A stretch of DNA of 62,395 nt. Origin: Candidatus Dormibacteria bacterium. GTDB lineage: Bacteria; Chloroflexota; Dormibacteria; Aeolococcales; Bog-877. The DNA is taken from the NCBI GenBank assembly GCA_050733915.1, contig JBOHUH010000017.1, positions 1 through 62,395 on the forward strand. Direction: 5' to 3'. The notes beneath the pieces are model-generated. The model was given only the letters and a program-made list of their open reading frames with translations. It ran no database searches and was not told the DNA's origin. The position numbers were made by a program, and so were the translations under genes. Of the stretch, positions 27,114 to 36,185 are shown in pieces. Position 1 is the first letter of the stretch. Every line of letters begins with the position of its first letter.

Positions 27114-28433
27114 CTAGGCCTCCAGGCGGAGCATCTCGGAACAGGCCGCCGCGAGTCCCTCCAGGGGGACCCGCCGCTGCTGCATGGTGTCGCGGTCGCG
27201 GATGGTCGCAGCCCGGTCCTCCAGGCTGTCGAAGTCGATGGTGACGGCGAGGGGGGTTCCGATCTCGTCCTGGCGGCGGTAGCGCCTCCCGATCGACTGG
27301 GTGTCGTCGTACTCGGTGGAGAATGAACTACGCAGCCCCTGCTCCACGCTCCGGGCCAGCTCCGTCAGGTCGGGTTTCTTCGAGAGTGGCAGCACCGCCA
27401 CCTGAAACGGGGCTACCAGGGGGCGGAGGTGGAGCACCACCCGGGTGGTACCGTCCTCCAACTCCTCCTCGGCGTAGGCGTCGAGGAGGAGTGCGAGGAA
27501 GCTGCGGTCCACTCCCAGGGCCGGCTCCACCACATAGGGCAGGTAGCGCTCGTTGGTGCTGGGGTCGGTGTACTGCAGGTCCTTGCCGCTGACCTCCTGG
27601 TGCCGGCGCAGGTCATAGTCGCCGCGACGGGCGATCCCCTCGAGCTCGGCCCAGCCCCAGGGGAACCGGTACTCGATGTCGCTGGAGGCCAGGGCGTAGT
27701 GGGCCTTCTCGTGCTCCCCGTGAGGGCGCAGTCGGAGGCTCTCCGGGCGCAGCCCCAGGGCCTGGTGCCAGGCCATCCGGCGCTCGCACCAGTACTCGAA
27801 CCAGGGGGCGTCCTGGCCCGGTGGACAGAACCACTCCATCTCCATCATCTCCAGCTCGCGCAGCCGAAAGATAAAGTTTCCGGTGGAGATCTCGTTGCGG
27901 AAGCTGCGGCCAATCTGAGCGATCCCAAAGGGGACTCGCTGCCGCGAGCTGTTGACCACATTCTTGAAGTTGACAAACATCCCCTGGGCGGTCTCGGGGC
28001 GGAGGTAGACCGTGGAGCTCTCGTCCTCCAGAGGCCCGACGAAGGTCTTGAACATGAGGTTGAACTGTCGCGGCGGGCTGAGCGGCCCACCGCAGTTGGG
28101 GCAGGTGGTGCCCTCCAGCTGGTCCGCGCGCCAGCGCTGGTGACACTCGCCAAGACAGTCGACCAGGGGGTCACTGAAGTTGCTGAGGTGACCGGACGCC
28201 TGCCAGACCGTGGGGTTCATCAGGATCGCCGCTTCCAGCCCCTCGATGTCGTCGCGGAGCTCGACCATCTCCCGCCACCAGGCGTCGCGGATCCGCCGCC
28301 GCAGCCGCACCCCGAGGGGCCCAAAGTCATAGACGGCGTTGATGCCGCCGTAGATCTCGCTGCTGGGGAAGACAAAGCCCCGCCGCTTGCAGAGCGAGAC
28401 CAGCATCTCCAGGGAGGTGGCGGCTTCGGTCAT
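27114..28433 (-). CDS. glyQS: Glycine--tRNA ligase (dimeric class II type)
   Basis: LCKRRGFVFPSSEIYGG...YDFGPLG, motif 2 FRNEISTGNFIFRLRE, and a C-terminal anticodon-binding domain (VAVLPL). Confidence 0.95.
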   Translation of the reverse strand: MTEAATSLEMLVSLCKRRGFVFPSSEIYGGINAVYDFGPLGVRLRRRIRDAWWREMVELRDDIEGLEAAILMNPTVWQASGHLSNFSDPLVDCLGECHQRWRADQLEGTTCPNCGGPLSPPRQFNLMFKTFVGPLEDESSTVYLRPETAQGMFVNFKNVVNSSRQRVPFGIAQIGRSFRNEISTGNFIFRLRELEMMEMEWFCPPGQDAPWFEYWCERRMAWHQALGLRPESLRLRPHGEHEKAHYALASSDIEYRFPWGWAELEGIARRGDYDLRRHQEVSGKDLQYTDPSTNERYLPYVVEPALGVDRSFLALLLDAYAEEELEDGTTRVVLHLRPLVAPFQVAVLPLSKKPDLTELARSVEQGLRSSFSTEYDDTQSIGRRYRRQDEIGTPLAVTIDFDSLEDRAATIRDRDTMQQRRVPLEGLAAACSEMLRLEA

Positions 28434-28496
28434 CGGTACCTCCAGCGGTCCCAGCAGGGCGCGCCGAAGGGACCCCGATCCAGCAGTGGCGTCATT

Positions 28497-29180
28497 CTAC
28501 GGGCGAGGCGGGGCCGCCCCGCCGACCTCGGCCTCGCCCGTCGCGGTCAGTAGCACCACCCGGCCAGGACCCCTGACCACCCACTTCCCACCGTCCCAGC
28601 AGAGCCCGGTGGACTCGTCGATCCCCACCACCTCATGCTCGCGGGCCAGCTCATGGGCCACCTCGGCCCAGCGCCCCTCGGCACTGTTCCAGTGAGGCAC
28701 CACCACCTGCTGGACCAGGCGAAGACCGCCACCCAGGGCGAAGCTCGCTCCGGGGCGCAGGTAGTCGTCTGCCAGGATCATGGCACCGGCACTGGAGCCG
28801 GCCAGAGGGACGCCGGCGCGATAGGCGGACTGCAGCGCCGCCCCTGCCGGGGACCCGGCGAGAACCCCGCCCGCGGCGGCCGGGTCGCCGCCACAGAGAT
28901 AGATCGCCGCCGCCCCTTTGAGCTGCTCCAGCAGCCCCGGGTCTCGGGCGTCCGCCTGGGTCTGGATCTGGCAGCCCTCCACCGCACCACCCAGGCCCTC
29001 GAAATGGGCCGCAGCCCAGGCCACCTGGGTCTGGGGGATGTCCTGGGCGGCCGTGGTGACCACCGTCACCACCTTGCGGGAGGCCCGCGCCAACCACCAG
29101 CTGTCGGCCGCCGCTGCGCCCTGCTGCCACTCGTTGCCGCCCAGGAGGAGCAGGGTTCTGACCCGCGTCGAGGCGGTCAA
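28497..29180 (-). CDS. Peptidase S51 / cyanophycinase-like (class I glutamine amidotransferase-like fold)
   Basis: IYLCGGD and the nucleophile-elbow-like PLAGSSAGAMIL, followed by VVPHW. Confidence 0.75.
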   Translation of the reverse strand: MTASTRVRTLLLLGGNEWQQGAAAADSWWLARASRKVVTVVTTAAQDIPQTQVAWAAAHFEGLGGAVEGCQIQTQADARDPGLLEQLKGAAAIYLCGGDPAAAGGVLAGSPAGAALQSAYRAGVPLAGSSAGAMILADDYLRPGASFALGGGLRLVQQVVVPHWNSAEGRWAEVAHELAREHEVVGIDESTGLCWDGGKWVVRGPGRVVLLTATGEAEVGGAAPPRP

Positions 29181-29283
29181 GCGCGGATGCGCCGGGAACC
29201 CGACCGCCCCAACTCCGGCCCTTGTTTCACGGGGCCACCGAGGTGGTCCCGGCGCTGGTCCGAGCCACTGCTAGCATCGGGGC

Positions 29284-31452
29284 GTGCTGCGGCTTCACGA
29301 CACCATGAGCCGAGAGGTAAGGCCGGTTCAGCCGGGTGAGCCTCCCCTGCTGCGGATGTATAGCTGCGGTCCCACCGTCTACCGCTCGGTGCACATCGGC
29401 AACCTGCGCACCTATCTGATGGCCGACTGGATCAAACGGGCCGCCCGGGCCCAGGGCTGGCGGGTCCTCCACGTCAAGAACATCACCGACGTGGGTCACA
29501 TGCGCCAGGAGATGGCCGAGCGCGGCGGTGACAAGGTGATCGCCGCGGCCTTGGCCGCGGGGCGCACCCCCCAGGAGATCGCCGCCGAGTTCGAGGCGGA
29601 GTTCCACCAGGCCGAGGCGCTGCTGGGCATCGAGCCCGCCGACCGATTCCCGCGTGCCACTGATCACATCCCCGAGATGATCGCACTGGTGGAACGGCTC
29701 CTGGGGAGGGGCCTGGCCTACGCGGTCGACGGCACCGTCTACTTCGACACCGCCGCGGAGTCGACCTACGGACAGCTCTCGGGCAACTCCCTGGAGCAGC
29801 TGCAGCAGGCGGCCGGGGCGGAGCCCGACCCGGCCAAGCGCCATCCCGCCGACTTCACCCTGTGGCGCCAGGCCGAGCCCGGCCGCCAGCTGATGGTTTG
29901 GGACAGCCCCTTCGGCCGAGGCTACCCGGGCTGGCACATCGAGTGCTCCGCGATGGCCATCGCCTACCTGGGTGAGGAGGTGGACCTGCACACCGGGGGC
30001 GTCGACAACATCTTCCCCCACCACGAGGACGAGCTGGCCCAGAGCCAGGGGGCGACCGGTAAGCGGTTTGTGCGCCACTGGGTGCACGGTCAGCACCTGC
30101 TCGCCGACGGGGTCAAGATGGCCAAGTCCCAGGGCAATGTCTACACCCTGGGTGACCTCGTCGAGCGCGGCTTCGACCCCCTCGCCTTCCGCTACCTCTG
30201 CGCCACGGTGCGATACCGCAGCCGGCTCAACTTCACCCTCGCCTCCCTGGCGGCGGCGCAGCGCGGTCTGCAGCGCCTGCGCCGGTTGGCCGCGGGCCCC
30301 AACGGCGGCGAGGACGGCGCCCGGGTGGCCGAGCTGAGCCGGGAGTTGCAAGAGGCCTTCGAGAACGACCTCGACGTGCCCCGAGCCCTGGCACTCACGT
30401 GGAGATTCGCCAAGGCCAAGGGGACCAACGGGGCGACCCGCCGGGCCGGCCTGCTCCTCGCCGACAGCTGGCTGGGCCTGGCCCTCGGCCGTGAGCCTGC
30501 GGCCCTCTCCGAGAAGGGCGGGTGGTGGAAGCTGGCCCAGCAGAGAGCGGCACAGCGCGCCGAGCGCGCCTTCTCCGAGGCGGACTCGCTGCGGGGCGCG
30601 CTGCTGGCCCGGCAGGTGGTCCCGGAGGACGCCCGGGAGCGCACCAGCTACCGCCCGGCCACCGCCCTGGATCGCCGTCAGGGGCTGATCTCCTCCCCCC
30701 TGGAGGTACCCGACCAGCGCGCCGCCGAAGACCTAGTCGAGGTCTCGGTGAGCCTGGTCAGCAATGACCACCCGGAGGACCTGCAGCGCTGCGTGGCCAG
30801 CATCCGACGCCACCGCAACGGCCATTCCGGCGAGATCCTGATTGTCGATAACGACACCCCCGGGGGCGGGACCGCCCTCGACCGGCTGGCCCGCACCGAT
30901 CCAACGATCCGGGTCTTCCACGCCGACCACCAGCTGGGCGAGGGCGCCGCCCGCAACGTTACCCTGCGGGCCGCCCGGGGCTCGGTAGTGCTGCTCCTGG
31001 ACACCGGAGTCGAGCTGACTGGGGACTGTTTCGGCCCGCTGCTGCAAGCCCTTCGCGACGAGCGGGTGGGAGCGGTGGGGCGCTGGGCCGCGGTGAGCCA
31101 CGACCTGCGCGAGTTCCAAGACTCCGACGATGAGGAGGTCGACGCAATCGACGGCTACTGCCTGGGCTTCGCGCGGGGGCGGCTGCGCCAGGTGGGGTTG
31201 CTCGACGAGCGTTACCGTTTCTACCGCATGCTCGACTTCAACTTCTCGCTCACCCTGCGGGCCGCCGGGCTCAGCCAGCGCCGCCTCCCCGACCTTCCGG
31301 TGGTGATGCACCATCACCGGGGCTGGGAGGAGACCGATCCCGACGAGCGGGAGCGGCTCAGCCGGCTTAACTTCCGGCGCTTCTTCGAACGCTGGCACCA
31401 CCGCCCCGACCTGCTCCTGGCCCCCAGTCCCGAGCCCGCCCCCCACCGCTGA
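29284..31452 (+). CDS. cysS: Cysteine--tRNA ligase fused to a C-terminal GT2-type glycosyltransferase domain
   Basis: The N-terminal ~455 aa is a complete CysRS: Zn/Cys site YSCGPTVY, HIGN (VHIGNLRTY), GWHIECSAM, GGVDNIFPHHEDE, KMSKS variant VKMAKSQGN, ENDLDVPRAL and the usual C-terminal helical tail. From about aa 487 (nt ~30742) a GT-A/GT2 pattern begins: VSVSLVSNDHPEDLQRCVASI...EILIVDNDTPGGG...VVLLLDTG. It is one uninterrupted 722-codon frame. Confidence 0.9.
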   Translation: MLRLHDTMSREVRPVQPGEPPLLRMYSCGPTVYRSVHIGNLRTYLMADWIKRAARAQGWRVLHVKNITDVGHMRQEMAERGGDKVIAAALAAGRTPQEIAAEFEAEFHQAEALLGIEPADRFPRATDHIPEMIALVERLLGRGLAYAVDGTVYFDTAAESTYGQLSGNSLEQLQQAAGAEPDPAKRHPADFTLWRQAEPGRQLMVWDSPFGRGYPGWHIECSAMAIAYLGEEVDLHTGGVDNIFPHHEDELAQSQGATGKRFVRHWVHGQHLLADGVKMAKSQGNVYTLGDLVERGFDPLAFRYLCATVRYRSRLNFTLASLAAAQRGLQRLRRLAAGPNGGEDGARVAELSRELQEAFENDLDVPRALALTWRFAKAKGTNGATRRAGLLLADSWLGLALGREPAALSEKGGWWKLAQQRAAQRAERAFSEADSLRGALLARQVVPEDARERTSYRPATALDRRQGLISSPLEVPDQRAAEDLVEVSVSLVSNDHPEDLQRCVASIRRHRNGHSGEILIVDNDTPGGGTALDRLARTDPTIRVFHADHQLGEGAARNVTLRAARGSVVLLLDTGVELTGDCFGPLLQALRDERVGAVGRWAAVSHDLREFQDSDDEEVDAIDGYCLGFARGRLRQVGLLDERYRFYRMLDFNFSLTLRAAGLSQRRLPDLPVVMHHHRGWEETDPDERERLSRLNFRRFFERWHHRPDLLLAPSPEPAPHR

Positions 31453-31464
31453 AGTCCACCGGGC

Positions 31465-32232
31465 TCAGCTCCGGGACGCCTCCAGGCTGCGAAACTCGAG
31501 CAGGATGCGGGCGGACTTGAGAGGCCGGTCGAGGTGGTGCTCCAGATGGGCCAGCAGGATCGCCTCCACCTCGTCCCGCATCGTCTCGGTCCAGCGCAGC
31601 CGGCGTAGCAGATCGAGGTCATCCGCTTCGATCCGGCGCAGCACCCGGAGCGAGGCCGCGGCGCAGGGCAGCGCCCCGGCTGCCGACTCCCAGCAGCCGC
31701 CCTGGACTACCCCGCCCAGGGCGGGCAGGAACCCGCCCGCCCGATTCTGCAGCTCCTCGCCGCAGCCGGCGCAGCGGTGGAGCTCGGGGCGATAGCCACC
31801 ACTGCTGGCGATCTGGAACGCGACCAGGGCCAGTTCCAGGCGGCCGTCGCCGGCACGGTCGGCCATCCGTTCCCGCGACTCCGCCACCAGGCGGTAGAGG
31901 TCAGGGTCGGCATGGCCCTCCTCCAGGGTGGCGTCGACCAGCTCCGCCAGAACCCCACCGCAGGCGGTGCGCACCAGGTCCTCGCCGGGCCAGGGCAGCC
32001 CCAGGGAGCGGGCCTGGGCCAGCACCACCATCTGCCGGCCCGGGACCAGGAGCAGCTCGGAGCGGCTGAGTAAGTCCAGCCCCGCCGCGTTGCGGGCGCG
32101 GGCCCGCCGGGCGCCCCGGGCGAGCACGCTCAGCTTGCCCTGGGCCCGGGTGAAGATCACCAGGATGCGATCGGCATCAGAGAAGGTGCGCCGACGCAGC
32201 ACGATCCCCTCGTCCCGGACCGGTTCGGGCAC
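31465..32232 (-). CDS. recO: DNA repair protein RecO
   Basis: OB-fold N-terminus EGIVLRRRTFSDADRILVIFT..GKLSVLARGARR and a Zn-finger-like CAGCGEEL. Confidence 0.9.
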   Translation of the reverse strand: MPEPVRDEGIVLRRRTFSDADRILVIFTRAQGKLSVLARGARRARARNAAGLDLLSRSELLLVPGRQMVVLAQARSLGLPWPGEDLVRTACGGVLAELVDATLEEGHADPDLYRLVAESRERMADRAGDGRLELALVAFQIASSGGYRPELHRCAGCGEELQNRAGGFLPALGGVVQGGCWESAAGALPCAAASLRVLRRIEADDLDLLRRLRWTETMRDEVEAILLAHLEHHLDRPLKSARILLEFRSLEASRS

Positions 32233-32235
32233 CGG

Positions 32236-33591
32236 CTAGCTGGACTCGGAGGGCCGGCTCTGGCTCCCGGCGGAGGCCGCGCTGGAGTCCTCATCCTCCG
32301 GCGCGGACGCGTCGGCGAAGGGCCGGACCGCGTGCAGTCGCACCGTCCGGATCGCCCGTCGGTCGATCGCCTCCACGGTGATCGTGACCCCCTCCCCGGC
32401 GTCCACCGTGTCCCCCACCGAGGGGATCCGACCCAGATGGGAATAGACCAGCCCACCCACCGAGTCGAAATCCTCGCCCCCAAGGTGGAGGTGGAGCAGC
32501 TCGTTGACCTCGTCGAGGCTGACCGAGGCGCTCACCAGCGCCTCGGTGGGCCCCAGCAGCTGGATCTCCTCCTGCTCCGCCAGGTCGTACTCATCCCGGA
32601 TCGGCCCGACGATCTCCTCGAGCAGATCCTCGATGGTCACCAGCCCCGCGGTACCTCCGTACTCATCCACCACCACAGCCAGGTGGGTCTTGGCCAGCTG
32701 CATCTCCTGGAGCAGCTCGCCCAAGTGTTTGGCCTCGGGGACGAACGTGGCCCGGCGGGCCAGCTGCCCGATCTGGCGACCCTCCGGTCGCGGCTGGGCG
32801 GGGCTGCCCAGCAGGTCCTTGGCGTAGATCACCCCGGTGATGTTGTCGACGGTCTCCTCGTAGACCGGGATCCGGCTGTGGCCGTGCTCCTGGATCTCGG
32901 CGATCGCCGCCTCTACCGTGGCGTCAGCGGGCAGGGCCACCATCTGGACCCGGGGGACCATCACCTCGCGGACGGGCTTGTCGGTCATCTCCAGCACCCC
33001 GTGGATCATCTCCCGCTCCTCCTCCTCCACCACTCCCTCCTGCTCGCTGGCCAGGACCACCTGCTTGAGCTCCTCCTCGGTGAGGAACGGGCCTCGCAGC
33101 TGACCCTCTCCGGGGAGAAGCCGGAAAAAGACTGCCGAGATGGTGGAGAGGACGGTCACCACCGGGGCCAGCACGGTGGTGAGCAGGCCCACCGGCCGGG
33201 CCATCCGCCGGGCGATCGCGCCGCTTCGCTGCAGCGCGTAGGTCTTGGGACCCAGCTCGCAGAAGAGCAGTACCAGGATGGCCAGGGCCACCGCCGACCA
33301 GATCGCCGCCCCCGCCCCCAGGTGCTGCTCCGCGAGCAGGGTCGCCGCCGAGGAGGCCAGCATCACGGCCAGGGTGTTGGTGACCAGGATGGTGCCCAGG
33401 TAGCCCCTGGGGTTGCGGTGCAGCCGCTCGACCGCCGCCGCCCGGGTGTCACCCTCGGAACTGCGGGCCCGGAGCCAGATCCGGCTCACCGAGGTCAGCG
33501 AGGTCTCGGCGGTGGCCGAGAGCCCAGCCACCACCAGCGTCACCACCAAGACGACAATCAGCCAGACGCTCACGGCGAAACGGGCCGGCAA
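32236..33591 (-). CDS. HlyC/CorC (CNNM) family transporter: DUF21 membrane domain + CBS pair + CorC_HlyC domain
   Basis: TM N-terminus with FCELGPK, a CBS region (VREVMVPRVQMVAL...HSRIPVYE), and a C-terminal transporter-associated domain (TVEAIDRRAIRTVRL). Confidence 0.9.
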   Translation of the reverse strand: MPARFAVSVWLIVVLVVTLVVAGLSATAETSLTSVSRIWLRARSSEGDTRAAAVERLHRNPRGYLGTILVTNTLAVMLASSAATLLAEQHLGAGAAIWSAVALAILVLLFCELGPKTYALQRSGAIARRMARPVGLLTTVLAPVVTVLSTISAVFFRLLPGEGQLRGPFLTEEELKQVVLASEQEGVVEEEEREMIHGVLEMTDKPVREVMVPRVQMVALPADATVEAAIAEIQEHGHSRIPVYEETVDNITGVIYAKDLLGSPAQPRPEGRQIGQLARRATFVPEAKHLGELLQEMQLAKTHLAVVVDEYGGTAGLVTIEDLLEEIVGPIRDEYDLAEQEEIQLLGPTEALVSASVSLDEVNELLHLHLGGEDFDSVGGLVYSHLGRIPSVGDTVDAGEGVTITVEAIDRRAIRTVRLHAVRPFADASAPEDEDSSAASAGSQSRPSESS

Positions 33592-33745
33592 GGGCCCCGC
33601 TCCCGGCTCATCCGCACCCGGCCACGACCCTCTCAGCCGCCCGCGCGCCCGCCCTCCCCGGGAGGTACAGGATCCGCTGGCGCTGGGGTAATTCGGCGGG
33701 TGAGCCAGAGCTCATCTTTGGCCCGAGTCTACCAGGGGCTCCCGA

Positions 33746-34699
33746 TCACCGAAACAGAGCGGAGACGCTCCTGCCCTCGTGGACTCGGACGATCGCCTCG
33801 GCGATCAGCGGCGCCACCGATACCTGGGTCAACTTGGAGATCTCGGCGACCTCCTTGGCGAGCGGGATGCTGTCGGTGACCACCACCTCGTCGACCGGCG
33901 CCGCCTCCAGCTTGCCCAGCGCCCCGTCGCTGAAGACCCCGTGGGTGGCCAGGACGTCCACGGACTCGGCGCCCTCGTCGATCAAGGCCTGGGCCGCCCC
34001 GGCCAGGGTGGAGGCGGTGGAGACGAGGTCGTCGACCAGGATGCAGCGACTGCCCGCCACCGCGCCGATGACGTTGAGGATCTCAATGTCGTCATCGCGC
34101 GGACGTCGTTTGTCGATGATCGCCAGGGGCGAGTCCAGCCGGCGCGCGATGGCCCGTGCCCGGGCGGTGCCTCCCACGTCCGGTGAGACCACCACCACCG
34201 CCTGCCGGCCGTGCCGGGCCCTGACGTGGGCGGCCAGGATCTTGCTGGCGGTGAGGGCGTCAACGGGAATGTCGAAGAAACCTTGGATGGCCTCGGCGTG
34301 GAGGTCCAGGACGATCATCCGCTCCGCCCCGGCGACCTGGAGGAAGTTGGCCATCAGCTTGGCCGAGATGGGGTCGCGGGCCTGGGTCTTCTTCTCCTTG
34401 CGGGCGTACCCGTAGTAGGGCATGACCGCGTTGATCCGGGCGGCGCTGGCCCGCCGCAGGGCGTCGAGGATGACGAAGAGCTCCATGTAGTTGTCGTTGA
34501 CCGGGGGGCAGGTGGACTGGATCAGGAAGACGTCGTGGCCGCGCACCGACTCCCCGATCTTGACGTCGAACTCCCCGTCGGCGAAGCGGGTCACCTGCAT
34601 CGGCGCCAGGGGCACCCCCACCTCCTCCGCGATCCGGGCTCCCAGGTCGGCGCTGGCCGAGCCGCAGAGCAGCATCAGCGGCCCCTCGGACCCGTTCAC
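33746..34699 (-). CDS. prs: Ribose-phosphate pyrophosphokinase
   Basis: DLHAEAIQGFFDIPVD, VVVSPDVGG and the PRPP loop CILVDDLVSTASTL. The GTG start overlaps the glmU TGA (GTGA at 34696-34699). Confidence 0.95.
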   Translation of the reverse strand: MNGSEGPLMLLCGSASADLGARIAEEVGVPLAPMQVTRFADGEFDVKIGESVRGHDVFLIQSTCPPVNDNYMELFVILDALRRASAARINAVMPYYGYARKEKKTQARDPISAKLMANFLQVAGAERMIVLDLHAEAIQGFFDIPVDALTASKILAAHVRARHGRQAVVVVSPDVGGTARARAIARRLDSPLAIIDKRRPRDDDIEILNVIGAVAGSRCILVDDLVSTASTLAGAAQALIDEGAESVDVLATHGVFSDGALGKLEAAPVDEVVVTDSIPLAKEVAEISKLTQVSVAPLIAEAIVRVHEGRSVSALFR

Positions 34700-36090
34700 C
34701 CGGACCCTTCGCCGCCGCTGCCGCTGCCCTTGCCCCGGCGTCGGGCGACCCAGCCCAGGATGTTGCGCTGACGACCCCGGGCCACCCCCAGAGACTCCGC
34801 GGGTACGTCGCTGGTGATCACCGAACCCGCCCCGGTGTAGGCGCCCCGCGCGATGGTGACCGGCGCCACGATGATGGTGCCGCTGCCTAGGCGGGCCCCG
34901 TCTTCGATCACGGTTCGGTGCTTGGCCTGGCCGTCCCAGTTGGCGGTGATGCTGCCGGCCCCGTAGTTGACGTCGCGACCCACCTCGGCGTCGCCGAGGT
35001 AGCTGAGGTGGGGGATCTGGCTGCCCTCGCCGACCCGACTGCGCACCACCTCGGTGAAGGTGCCCAGATGTGACTTCGGGCCCATCACCGACTCGGGGCG
35101 CACGTGGTTAAAGGGTCCGACATCCACTCCGTCGCCCAGCTTACAGCCGCTCAGGTGAGACCGACCGATCCGGCAGCCCCGCCCCGCCTCCACGTCCTGG
35201 AGCTCGGCGAACGGTCCGATGACGCAGTCGGACCCGATCCGGGTCCGCCCCCGGAGCACCGATCCGGGCTCGATCACGGTGTCCTGGCCGACCTCCACGT
35301 CGCAGTCCACCCAGGTGGCCCCGGGATCGACCACGGTGACCCCGCTCCGCATCAGCCGGGCCAGGGTGCGCCGTCGCAGGGCCGACTCGGCCTGGGCCAG
35401 CTGGACCCGGTCGTTGACCTGAATCGCCTCACCGGGATCCCCGACCGCCACGGTCACCGCGCCACCGGCGATCTGCTGGGGCACCCAGCTGAGGTAGCGC
35501 TCGCTTTGGGCGTTGTCGGCGGAGAGATCCTCCAGCGCCTGCCAGAGCTGGGGCAGCGCGAAGGCATAGGCCCCGACGTTGACCTCTGCGGGTGCGCCAT
35601 CCCAGGGTTGGTCGGCGTCCTCCACGATCTGGCTCAGCCCACCATCGGGTCGGCGCAGGATCCTGCCGTAGCCGGCGGCATCCCGGAGCCGGGCAGAGAG
35701 CAGCGCCGCCCCGGCGCGCTGCTCCAAAAGGGCCTGCACCAGCCTCGCCAGGGACTTCCCGCTCAGCAGGGGCATGTCCGCGGGCAGCACCACGACGGCG
35801 CCCTCCTCCCCCACCAGGGAGCGCGCCTCTGCGAGGGCTGCCCCGGTCCCCCCGGGTTCGGACTGGACCACCAGCTCCACGCGCTCCCCGAGTCCGCGCC
35901 GGCGGGCCTCCTCGAGGTCGGCAACCACCAGGATGGGAGGCTTGGAGCTGGCCACCGCGGCCGCCCGCAGGGAGTGCTCCACGAGGCTGATCCCGCCCAG
36001 CGGGTGCCAGACCTTGGGCACCCGGGAGCGCATCCGCGTCCCCCTGCCGGCGGCCAGCACCACTGCCCGCGCAGCCGAGCGTTCGCTCAC
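34696..36090 (-). CDS. glmU: Bifunctional UDP-N-acetylglucosamine pyrophosphorylase / glucosamine-1-phosphate N-acetyltransferase
   Basis: N-terminal VVLAAGRGTRMRS..PKV nucleotidyltransferase motif and a C-terminal left-handed beta-helix of hexapeptide repeats. Confidence 0.95.
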   Translation of the reverse strand: MSERSAARAVVLAAGRGTRMRSRVPKVWHPLGGISLVEHSLRAAAVASSKPPILVVADLEEARRRGLGERVELVVQSEPGGTGAALAEARSLVGEEGAVVVLPADMPLLSGKSLARLVQALLEQRAGAALLSARLRDAAGYGRILRRPDGGLSQIVEDADQPWDGAPAEVNVGAYAFALPQLWQALEDLSADNAQSERYLSWVPQQIAGGAVTVAVGDPGEAIQVNDRVQLAQAESALRRRTLARLMRSGVTVVDPGATWVDCDVEVGQDTVIEPGSVLRGRTRIGSDCVIGPFAELQDVEAGRGCRIGRSHLSGCKLGDGVDVGPFNHVRPESVMGPKSHLGTFTEVVRSRVGEGSQIPHLSYLGDAEVGRDVNYGAGSITANWDGQAKHRTVIEDGARLGSGTIIVAPVTIARGAYTGAGSVITSDVPAESLGVARGRQRNILGWVARRRGKGSGSGGEGSG

Positions 36091-36185
36091 AACTTACCCC
36101 GCTGCCAGCCTGGTTCGTGAACTCGCCAGCCAGTTTCGAGTATAGCAACGGCGACTTCGGCTCCAACCCCCGCCGGCCCCTGGCT

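Noticed and set aside
23907-31452. The idea that the PIG-L deacetylase plus the CysRS-like gene constitute a mycothiol (MshB/MshC) locus.
   Set aside because: The two genes are about 5 kb apart, in different transcription units, with housekeeping genes between them. The CysRS part keeps the full C-terminal tRNA-binding tail expected of a genuine tRNA synthetase rather than MshC. No MshA (GT4) or MshD (GNAT) homolog is present. The idea is kept only as a remote possibility under the fusion finding.
33592-33745. Possible Mg-sensing (M-box) leader or terminator in the 154-nt gap upstream of corC, including the palindrome CCTCCCCGGGAGG.
   Set aside because: I could not recognise any M-box conserved segments. 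The palindrome has essentially no loop, so it is not a convincing RNA hairpin. The evidence is too weak to report as a feature.
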